Assembly (NCBI GenBank): GCA_964519245.1 | Contig: CAZFLK010000012.1 | Location: 1 to 63,666, forward strand | DNA length: 63,666 nucleotides | DNA from: an uncultured Verrucomicrobiota bacterium | GTDB taxonomy: Bacteria; Verrucomicrobiota; Verrucomicrobiia; Limisphaerales; JAYPEY01 | Direction: 5' to 3' | Notes under the pieces: generated by a model | Database searches by the model: none | What the model saw: the letters and a program-made list of their open reading frames with translations, nothing else | What the model was told of the DNA's origin: nothing | Shown: one piece after another, positions 55,772 through 63,666 of the stretch | Numbering within the stretch: the first letter of the stretch is position 1 | How the letters are laid out: each line of letters opens with the position of its first letter | Made by a program: the position numbers and the translations under genes

Positions 55772-56437
55772 TCACGCTTCGGGCGGCAGCGCCAGCTTCA
55801 CGATGGTCAATCGAAGGTCGTTCGCAAAGGCGCGCAGATCGGCAGGGGCAATGTCCTTGATCATCCAATCAGGGCTTTCGTCGATGTCCAGTCCTCCGAG
55901 CAGCATGGCAACAACAGCTGGATCCCAGCCGCCGTCTTTTTTTTGGGCGTCGGAAACGGCGGCGGTAATGTCGTGTCCTTCCCGATCAAGAAAGTAGAGA
56001 TCCACCAGATCCTTCAACTCCGTGCGACTGATCAGGGTGGTGAGCTTGTTGGCGATGATCTCCCGAAGTGTATCAACCCGAACGTCGCCGAACGTCTCCT
56101 TTTCAGAGTCGAGTTGAGGCGCGCGGTCCACGACCACATCCACCAACTCCCGCTCTTCGCCACGTGTGATACGAAAACGATGGAAATCCGGAGCCGTCCG
56201 CACGGCCTCGCATTTGGCCCCGATTTCAGACGCGACCTGAAGCGCGAGACTTTGCGCCTCCTTTGCTTCCACATCCTTGTCGGTGAAAAGGTCGAGATCG
56301 TAGGATCGACGGTGATCCAGATAGAACATGCCCCGCGCGCTGCCGCCGGTCAGGAAGAAGCGTTGATCGCGTTCAAACCAGGCGCGAAGGAAATCACGCT
56401 TGAGCGGGGTGCCGGCTTCAGACTCTTCCCAGTTCAT
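55772..56437 (-). CDS. AbiEii/AbiGii-family nucleotidyltransferase toxin (type IV TA)
   Basis: FFLTGGSA...YLDHRRSYDLDLF, IIANKL, ELKDLVDLY motifs. Confidence 0.85.
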   Translation of the reverse strand: MNWEESEAGTPLKRDFLRAWFERDQRFFLTGGSARGMFYLDHRRSYDLDLFTDKDVEAKEAQSLALQVASEIGAKCEAVRTAPDFHRFRITRGEERELVDVVVDRAPQLDSEKETFGDVRVDTLREIIANKLTTLISRTELKDLVDLYFLDREGHDITAAVSDAQKKDGGWDPAVVAMLLGGLDIDESPDWMIKDIAPADLRAFANDLRLTIVKLALPPEA

Positions 56438-56699
56438 GGGCGGCGTTGAGCAGGCTTTCCCAGACTGGAAGGCGACGCCCCAGGCGGGGCCGAAGTTGAG
56501 GGAATCGTTCGGCCACTTCTTCCAAGGTCAGGAAATTCCAGACTTCTTCGGTGCGCGCTTCGCGCATGATCCATGCCGCCGTGTTCAGCCACTGCTGGCC
56601 GGATTCCTGCGCCAACCGCCGGCGCAATGATTCCGCTGTCTCGGGACGGTCCCAGGCGAAATCGAGATTGTCGGCCGGCATGATGTCAGGAGCTGCCAT
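56418..56699 (-). CDS. Small putative antitoxin partner of the nucleotidyltransferase
   Basis: 93 aa, overlaps the toxin start by 20 nt. FAWD...AWIMREARTEEVWNFL pattern like the small helical partners of AbiEii genes. Confidence 0.7.
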   Translation of the reverse strand: MAAPDIMPADNLDFAWDRPETAESLRRRLAQESGQQWLNTAAWIMREARTEEVWNFLTLEEVAERFPQLRPRLGRRLPVWESLLNAAHELGRV

Positions 56700-56821
56700 G
56701 AGTCAGACAATTCCACGTCAAATGGGGAACTTCAAGCGGGCAGTTTGGAAGGATTCCGAAGTGTGCTTTCAATATACGATCTTGACGGATTCGTGTCGAT
56801 CGCCGTGGAGTTGCCGGTCGG

Positions 56822-57135
56822 ATGGAGAAGGCCGGAAGAACTGCAGCATCGAAGGGCGGGGATACTTTCGGGACGACCCGATGGACGGTCGTGTTGAACG
56901 CCAAGGATGGAGATGCAACGCGGGCGATGCGGGCGCTGGCCGCCTTGTGTCAGACCGACTGGTATCCGGTCTACGCATTTGCGCTGCGTCGTGGACGGTC
57001 TCCGCAGGATGCGGAGGATCTCGCGCAGAGTTTCTTCGCCCGGTTCATCGACGCCCCCCTGCAGTCTGTGGATCGTTCAAAAGGAAAGTTTCGTACATTT
57101 CTGAAAGTGGCCGTGCGGAACTTCATGGCGAAGTG
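56822..57135 (+). pseudogene. 5' fragment of a PVC-type ECF sigma factor (region 2 only)
   Basis: FGTTRWTVVL...ALAALCQTDWYPVYAFALRRG.SPQDAEDLAQSFFARF...KGKFRTFLKVAVRNF. No region 4 follows; the downstream frame is non-protein-like. Confidence 0.8.
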
Positions 57136-57230
57136 TCCAACCGGTTATCGGGTTCCCAATCACGCGCCCAACTTTACCCGCCGTCTTGGTGTGGTTGCCT
57201 GTCAACATCGGCGGGAACTTTTCCTTCGGT

Positions 57231-59612
57231 TCAGTTCCGAGGTGGGAGAGGCGCGGCTTCGGGTCGCGCTTTTGAGAACCATCGCTGTTCTTCAATGGTT
57301 GGGCCGCCGCGATCGTGCAGGGCATCGGCTGGCGTGTGGCGCGGATGGAATTCCCAAAGGCGCGCCTGCCCATCTTTCGAGGCGCACGCGATCAGGCTGC
57401 CGCTGGGGCTGAAGGTCAGGGTGGATGGTTCGGCCAGCAGACCGCGCACTTCCGCGAACCGGGTTTCCGTGTGGAGGTCCCAGACGCGGATGTTTAAGTC
57501 GGCGGAGCCGGAGGCGACGATCGGCCTGGTGGGATGCCAGGCCAGAGCTTTGATGGGACCGTTGTGGGCGCGGATTTCCCGCTGAACGGTCAATGTGGCG
57601 CTGTCCAGAATGCGCACCCAGGTTTCATTGCCGGCCACGGCGATGCGGTTGCCATCGGGCGATATGGCGAGAGCGTCCATCATGCCGGTGAAGTTGGTCT
57701 CTTGCAGGATCTCGCCGGAATCGGCGTCCCATATGACGACCCTGTCTGTGGCTCCGGAATTGTCTTGAAGAGTCCCTTGGTCGCTGACCAATCCCAGTAG
57801 GCGGTCATTTCTCACCCAACCAAGATTCAAGACCCGTTTGCCATTTGTCTCATCGAGTTTGACCGAGGGCGCTCCCGTTTTCCGGTCGTACAACTCAGGA
57901 CGACCGCCCCCGGTCAACATGGCGAGACGTTCGCCGTTCGGACTCATGCTTAGTTTGAACACGGTCTTTGAATGGGTGATCGCGCCGACTTGCTCTATCG
58001 ACGACCCTCGTTTTTGAAGAAACATGATGGAGGCTGGGGAGTCGATGTTGCAGATCGCCGCACACCGGCCGTCCTGGCTGACGCTGATGTCAAAGTGATT
58101 TGTTGAGGGCGGGGTCCAAAGGGTCTCGGAACCGACGGGACCGAGCCGCTGAAGGGCGATAGGAAAACCTTCGTGAGGCGCGAAAACCATGTCGTCGTCC
58201 CCCCAGAAAGCGACGTTGGAAAGTTTTCCATCGCCATAGTATCCGGACCAAGTTTTTGGGAGCCCGATCAGGTCCCAGACGGCCGGGTTCCGTCCGTAGA
58301 CGAACAACTCGCCGGAAAGCGGATGCACACAGATTCCGCGAATGCCACCTTCGCCCCCCATCAGGGGCTGAAGCAACGCCCCGGTGCGCGCATTCCGGTG
58401 ATGGATTCGGCTTCTCCCGTCAGGCCATCTTCCCACCATGACAAAGCTTTCGCCATCCGGGACAAACGCGATTCGGAATCCCCGGTTCTCTGAAAACTTC
58501 ATATTCTGCGCCGGAATCGTGAACAATTCCTTCCCGTCAGGGAGGGACTCGGCCAAGCCGGCATCAGATTCGAGGAGCATGCTCACGATCATCGTCCCCT
58601 CCGGATGGACGGCGGCGTTGCTTCGTAGCAGCGGGCTCACTTGTCGAACCACGGAGCCATCGTGGGTGTCCAGAAGCTGGAGCCCCTCACTGTCCGTGGT
58701 GATCAGCATCATCCGGCTGTCAGGGAGAAGGTTTCCCTGGTTTCGGGTTCCGTATTCGCGGCTCCAGCGGATTTTGCCGGTGGCGGAGTCCCACGCGGTC
58801 AGGAACGAATCGCTATCGCTTGTTCGGTAGTTCGAGCCCAACAGCAAATGGCCATCGCGGCTGAACTTGAGCCGTCTCACCAAGTTGCCTTCCCAGGCGA
58901 TGATTCTTTGACCGTCCCGGGCGCTGTGGATCGCAATTCCCGCGCCGCCTTTCATGTTTCCGATGGCGATGCGTTCCCCGTCTGCTGAAATGGCCATCAC
59001 GTGTTCTTTCCCCCGACCCTTCGGGGGGGCGGCGTTGAACTCCAGCAAACGGGAGCCTGTGCGCACATTCATGAGAACAACGCGACCGGACTTTCCCGCC
59101 ATCGCGAAAACGCCGGGAAGACGCGGGTGCGGGACGACGCCCGTAGTATTTTTTGTGCCGAGGTTGATGCGTGCGATGGAGCTGTCGGCTTGTGAGAGCA
59201 GATAACGCCACTCCGAGTCGCGCAGATCTTCCGGCACGCCATCAAGGGCCGCCCGCATGGCCGCGCCGTTCTCTTCACGCATGGCCGCCAGGGCCAGTGA
59301 TTTCGCGGATCTTGCGAGCGCCCTGCGGGTGGATTCCTGTTCCCGCTTTGCCAGCGTCTCGGCCTCGCGTGCCCGCGCGGCCTCCAGCTTTGCCTCAAGG
59401 GCATTGGCATCGGCGCGGATGGCATGCGCTGTCGCCTTCTTTTCGCTGGACACCACCTTGATCATGTAGACGAGCGTCAACACCGCGATGAGCGCCGTGG
59501 CGGCGGCAGGGACCCGGTGCCGCCGGACGAACAGCCTGGCCGAGGTCAGGGCCGCCGTATCCTCGGCGCTCGTGAGATAACCGCCCATGTAGGCGGTGAT
59601 GTCCGCCTCCAC
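57231..59612 (-). pseudogene. WD40-repeat protein; 5'-truncated Ser/Thr kinase-TM-coiled-coil-WD40 gene
   Basis: Begins with the kinase-tail pattern ADITAYMGGYLTSAE...LFVRRHR, then a TM segment, coiled coil, RDSEWRYL and WD40 repeats (AHNGPIKALAWHP...SGSADLNIRVWD; FSPSG...SKDGQARLWE). No catalytic kinase motifs. Confidence 0.75.
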
Positions 59613-59614
59613 CC

Positions 59615-59655
59615 AAAGTGTCTCAAACCAAAATCTAGTAGGTTTGAGATACTTT
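59615..59655. other. 15-bp inverted repeat with 11-nt spacer (recombination-site- or operator-like)
   Basis: AAAGTGTCTCAAACC (59615-59629) / GGTTTGAGATACTTT (59641-59655), one mismatch, AT-rich spacer AAAATCTAGTA. Confidence 0.75.
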
Positions 59656-59939
59656 TTTCTTCATAAGTCGCTCAAAAGAGAGGGTATTCGACCTGATTCG
59701 GCTTAATTCGGGATGATTCGACTTTGTCCCAAACCGGATGAGAAGATAGTGCCCTCGCCTTCAGAAATCGATTGCGCAACGAGGCCTCAGCGAGGAGAGC
59801 ATCCGAACGATAGGCTGAGCGCAGACACCCAATGATGATTTCTTCATTTGGGATGTAACATTTGCAATCAGACTTTCGTTTGAGTTGGGTGAAAGGCGTC
59901 AATTGAATTGCGGGCTTTGAACAAGAAAGAAAAAACAAC

Positions 59940-60102
59940 GCTGGGTGCCTATATCGATGTGCTGCCCAGTGACACGGTCCCGGTCATCGCCGGATCGACA
60001 ACCTATCACGTGTCGGATGGGGTCAACTACCTGTCCGAGAGCAATGGCGGTGTGATCCGCTACAAAGTTGTCTCCAAACTGAACTGCAAGTTCTCCTCGT
60101 AA
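59940..60102 (+). pseudogene. Possible C-terminal fragment of a DUF6515-like protein
   Basis: YIDVLPSDTVPVIAGSTTYHVSDGVNYL...RYKVVS resembles the LP...V...G.TY....G..Y...Y.VV unit; no convincing start. Confidence 0.35.
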
Positions 60103-60135
60103 TCCGAACCACTGATGGAATCTTTGGCGCACTGA

Positions 60136-60702
60136 ATGTCAGATTACGAAGACTTGGTCAGCGGAGCCAAAAACGGGTCGACGGAGGATTTCCAGCAGCT
60201 CGTGCGGCGACACCAGCGTCACGTCTTTGCGATACTCTCACGGTATGAACGCGACCAGCACTGGGTGGAAGACTTGGCGCAAGAAACCTTCGTCAAAGCC
60301 TGGCGTGGTTTGGCGGGGTTCGACGGGCGCAAGCCCTTCGAAAATTGGATCGGGCGCATTGCGACCAATGCCGCTTTGGATCATCTGCGCCGCCGCAAAC
60401 GACGCCAAAGCGAAATTGGCATTGAAGATCTGGGAGACGCCACCCTGGATTGGTTGCAAAGTGAAGAAGCCGATCGGGCTCCGCGGGTTCAGGAAGCGCG
60501 GGAGATACTGGATGTCGCGATGTCCGGGCTTTCACCCGAGGATCGGCTTGTGATAACCCTCCAAGAAATCGAAGGCCGTAGCCTCAAGGAAATCAGTGCC
60601 CTTACGGGTTGGTCGGCCGTAAGCACGAGGGTGCGGGCCCATCGGGCCAAAACCCGTCTGCAAAAGGCGCTGGAGAAAATGGAAGAACGATCCAATGGAT
60701 GA
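60136..60702 (+). CDS. ECF RNA polymerase sigma-70 factor
   Basis: FQQLVRRH...VEDLAQETFVKAW...FENWIGRIATNAALDHLR (region 2) and LSPEDRLVITLQEIEGRSLKEIS...VRAHRAK (region 4). Confidence 0.93.
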   Translation: MSDYEDLVSGAKNGSTEDFQQLVRRHQRHVFAILSRYERDQHWVEDLAQETFVKAWRGLAGFDGRKPFENWIGRIATNAALDHLRRRKRRQSEIGIEDLGDATLDWLQSEEADRAPRVQEAREILDVAMSGLSPEDRLVITLQEIEGRSLKEISALTGWSAVSTRVRAHRAKTRLQKALEKMEERSNG

Positions 60703-60988
60703 ACATAAACTGAAGCAATTGTTCGACACCTTGCGAGATGAGCCGGCGCTGGATCCGCCGGCGGATTTCGACCAAGATGTGATGAGACAACTCCAAGCGC
60801 AGCGCCAAACGGATGACATCTCTCTCTGGGTAACACTGGAGAATCTGTTTCCGCGTCTGATCTGGAGTCCTCTGGCACTGATACTGGTCTGCGCCATCGT
60901 TGAACTTCGTGATCGGGCGGACGGGGTCGGCAGTCTGACAGCCGCAACTGGCGCGTTGGCCGAGCACATTCTGCATCACGGAATCTGA
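60695..60988 (+). CDS. Putative membrane anti-sigma factor
   Basis: Overlaps the sigma stop. PPADFDQDVM motif and one hydrophobic segment (LIWSPLALILVCAIV). Confidence 0.65.
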   Translation: MDEHKLKQLFDTLRDEPALDPPADFDQDVMRQLQAQRQTDDISLWVTLENLFPRLIWSPLALILVCAIVELRDRADGVGSLTAATGALAEHILHHGI

Positions 60989-61377
60989 TGATGAGCTTCA
61001 ATTCGGCAAAACCGTGGTTACTTCTATTGGCGGTCTTCGTCGCGGGCGCAATGGTTGGCGGCATCGTCACACGTCACATCGCAGTTCGCGCGATCGAGGG
61101 AGTGATCCGGAATCCCGAAATTGTGCGAACGTTGGTTGAAAAACGCCTGTTGCGGGATTTGGACCTGACGCCGAAACAACAAGATTCCGTCGCCCGGATC
61201 CTCAAGAATACACAGGCTGAACTCACGAAACGGAGACAAGAACTGCGACCGGAGATCGAAAAGCTCCTGAAGGAAATGCGGCAACAAATCGCCGCCGAAC
61301 TTTCGGATGCCCAGCGCGCCAAATTCGACAAAATGGCGGACGAAAATCTCGCACTGCTGCGCGAACGAAAGGAATAG
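60988..61377 (+). CDS. Periplasmic helical sensor/chaperone (Spy/CpxP/heavy-metal sensor-like)
   Basis: N-terminal TM (LLLLAVFVAGAMVGG), LDLTPKQQ and LSDAQRAKF (LTxxQ motifs); TGATG coupling. Confidence 0.75.
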   Translation: MMSFNSAKPWLLLLAVFVAGAMVGGIVTRHIAVRAIEGVIRNPEIVRTLVEKRLLRDLDLTPKQQDSVARILKNTQAELTKRRQELRPEIEKLLKEMRQQIAAELSDAQRAKFDKMADENLALLRERKE

Positions 61378-61495
61378 GGTGGCAGATTCGCGAAGAAGAC
61401 AACTTCGCTGGTAACATTCTTCAGCCACCATCCGTTTGTGATGATGAACAGGACGAACCCTTTGCTGTTCCTGGAAACACACGAATCAAAACATC

Positions 61496-61891
61496 ATGAA
61501 AAACACCCTCATCGTACTACTTCTCTCCTTCACCATCTACGGCGCTTCGGGAGCAGAAAAGCCCGCCGCTGAAACATCTCGGGACGAGCTTTCCGCCCGC
61601 GTGCAGGAAGCCAAAGAAAAGATTGGCATGTCGGAAGAACAGGCCGCGAAATTCAAAGAAATCCTGGAAAAACGATTCGAGGCCTTGAAGGCCCTTGCAG
61701 GCAGACGGGAGCGAGCATCCGGTTTCCGAGAGAAACGCAAGCTGCGGGCCGAGTATCGTTCAATCACAAAGAACTCGGACAAAGAGATCGCCAAGGTCCT
61801 TGACGACAAGCAATACAAGGAGTTCAAAAAGATCCAGACTGGCTGGCAGAAAGAGATGCGCGACGGAATCAAGGGGCGTCGCGGAAACTGA
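61496..61891 (+). CDS. Secreted helical LTxxQ-like protein
   Basis: Signal peptide MKNTLIVLLLSFTIYGASG; MSEEQ and LDDKQYKEF motifs; highly charged. Confidence 0.7.
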   Translation: MKNTLIVLLLSFTIYGASGAEKPAAETSRDELSARVQEAKEKIGMSEEQAAKFKEILEKRFEALKALAGRRERASGFREKRKLRAEYRSITKNSDKEIAKVLDDKQYKEFKKIQTGWQKEMRDGIKGRRGN

Positions 61892-61982
61892 AGCAATCAT
61901 TCCAATCGAATCTTCAACAACCCACATTGGCGTAAGGATGGAATCGGACATCCGCAACCGCAGTAGCAACACCGTCGACCCG

Positions 61983-63367
61983 ATGAGACTCCTGATCGCC
62001 TGTTGTCTTGCACCCGCTGTTCTGGCCATGGCCATCGCGGCCAGACCGCCTGGCGGTCAGGCGGCACGCTTGAACATGGTGGTGGTGTTCATCGACGATA
62101 TGGGCTGGGGGGATTTTTCGTGTTTCGGCAACCAAGAGGCCAAGACACCGAACATCGATCAAATGGCGGCCGACGGAATTGCGTTCGAGCAGTTTTATGT
62201 GAACTCGCCCATCTGTTCGCCATCCCGCGTGGCCATCTCCACCGGCACCTACCCGCAGCGCTGGAACATCACTTCATTTCTGATGACGCGCAGAGCGAAC
62301 AAACAACGCGGCATGGCCGACTGGTTGGATCCGGGTGCGCCGATGGTCGCCCGGAGTTTGCAGCGCGCCGGATATGCCACCGGTCATTTCGGCAAGTGGC
62401 ACATGGGCGGTCAGCACGACGTCGCCAATGCTCCGGCGATCCGGGAATACGGCTTCGATGAATCCCTGTCGAATTTCGAAGGCATGGGACCCAAGCTGTT
62501 GCCGCTGATCACCCGCAAGGATGGCACGGTCGGTCGCATTTATCCATGGCAACATCTGGGTCCGTTCACCTGGATGCAACGCTCCAACATCACCACCGGA
62601 TTCATCGATGCAGCGATCCCGTTCATGGAGAAGGCGAAGAAGGACGGCAAGCCGTTCTACCTCAACCTGTGGCCGGATGATGTGCATGGCCCGTTCTGGC
62701 CTTCCCTCGCGCGACTAAAGCAGGCGCGCAATTCCCGGGAACTCTACTTGGCTGTCCTCGAAGAATTGGACGCCCAACTCGCCAAGCTCTTTGACCACAT
62801 CAAGAACGATGTGGAACTCCGAGGGAACACGATCATACTGATCTGCTCGGACAACGGTCCGAGTCGCGGAGCCGGTTCAGTCGGCAGATTTAAAGGCTAC
62901 AAGTCCCATCTTTACGAAGGCGGCATCCGCTCTCCCTTGATCGTATGGCCCCCCGGGCTCATGCCACCGGATCGTCGCGGCACTCGCAATACCGACTCCG
63001 TGTTCTCCGCCATGGATCTTGTTCCATCACTCCTCGCACTGGCCGGCGTGACGGGGGAGAAGACACCAAATACGATGGCGAAAATGTCGCCGAAACGCTC
63101 CTTGGACGATCCAAACGCTCGCGTCAGCAACCGCTCTTCTTCAGTCGCCCGCCCGATCGCAAGAGCTTTTACGGATTTCAAAACCTCCCCGACTTGGCCG
63201 TGCGTCACGGCAAATGGAAGCTGTTATGTGACTACGATGGTAGTCTTCCGCAACTGTACGATCTTTCAGTCGATCCCGGCGAATCGAAAAACCTGACCGA
63301 TTCTCAGCCAGAAGTAGCTAGAGAGTTGGTGGGAAAAGTCGTGGCGTGGCACAGATCAATAAAATAG
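61983..63367 (+). pseudogene. Formylglycine-dependent sulfatase (S1), frameshifted at a G5 run (63053-63057)
   Basis: Signal peptide, FIDDMGWGD, CSPSR (CxPxR), GKWHMG, SDNG, YEGGIRSP. The C-terminus (YDGEN...GKWKL...QLYDLSVDPGESKNL) is in the frame of ORF 62945..63367; adding one G restores a single ORF. Confidence 0.88.
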
Positions 63368-63512
63368 AGGGTGTGTATGCGCTGTTCGCACCGGTGCAGG
63401 TATTTAAGATCTCATGCCGCATCTCGCCACGAAGCCTTTATTGGATCTCCACGGTGAAGGAAATCGAGAAACTCTACAACATTCTTTGCATCCTTGAGTT
63501 AAATCTACGCGA

Positions 63513-63666
63513 ATGAAAACGTATTCTTCCCTTCTCTCCATTCTGCTTCTTTTTACTATTAGTTCTAACCAAGCTTCGTGCGAACCTAGTATTCAGTCAG
63601 CCTATCTAGGAGCTCTTGATGTCCCTCCATTCTTGCTAAGCATCGTCACAGGCTGTCCCCAAAACT
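63513..63666 (+). CDS. Putative secreted protein, 3'-partial
   Basis: Open from ATG 63513 to the window end: MKTYSSLLSILLLFTISSNQASCEPSIQSAYLGALDVPPF...; signal-peptide-like, low GC. Confidence 0.45.
   Translation, partial: MKTYSSLLSILLLFTISSNQASCEPSIQSAYLGALDVPPFLLSIVTGCPQN

Noticed and set aside
55557-55997. Remainder of the 173-aa ORF after the hsdR stub
   Set aside because: Non-protein-like and overlaps the opposite-strand toxin gene.
56551-57585. 344-aa + strand ORF
   Set aside because: Arg/Ser/Cys-rich, motif-free and overlaps better-supported features.

Overview
High-GC bacterial DNA, most likely PVC superphylum (Verrucomicrobiota-like; inferred from the 'TTRW' ECF fragment, the kinase-WD40 remnant, GTAG-type REPs and the C-terminal Y-x-Q-x-S...W...YRV domain). 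About 47 kb is the 3' part of one giant extracellular protein gene (>15,700 aa; the frame is open back to base 1, so the true start lies upstream). It contains RTX Ca-binding repeats, PPC-like domains, FG-GAP repeats, four proprotein-convertase P-like domains, PA14, ELWxxDGT-type propellers, an LRR and long beta-helical repeat arrays. Its most unusual property is that domains are nested inside one another: related ~100-140 aa modules are repeatedly inserted into loops of unrelated host domains, and an apparently circularly permuted copy of its own C-terminal domain is inserted into a beta-helix repeat. Downstream are a c-type heme protein, an FMN alpha-hydroxy-acid oxidase, an L,D-transpeptidase and an SDR. 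These are followed by a REP-rich decay zone (51.3-60.1 kb: interrupted genes, Fic, hsdR stub, AbiEii-type TA pair, ECF stub, headless kinase-WD40 cut at a palindrome) and a lower-GC ECF/anti-sigma/Spy-like/sulfatase cluster. No rRNA, tRNA, CRISPR array or intact transposase was recognised. All family calls are by-eye motif recognition, not database searches.
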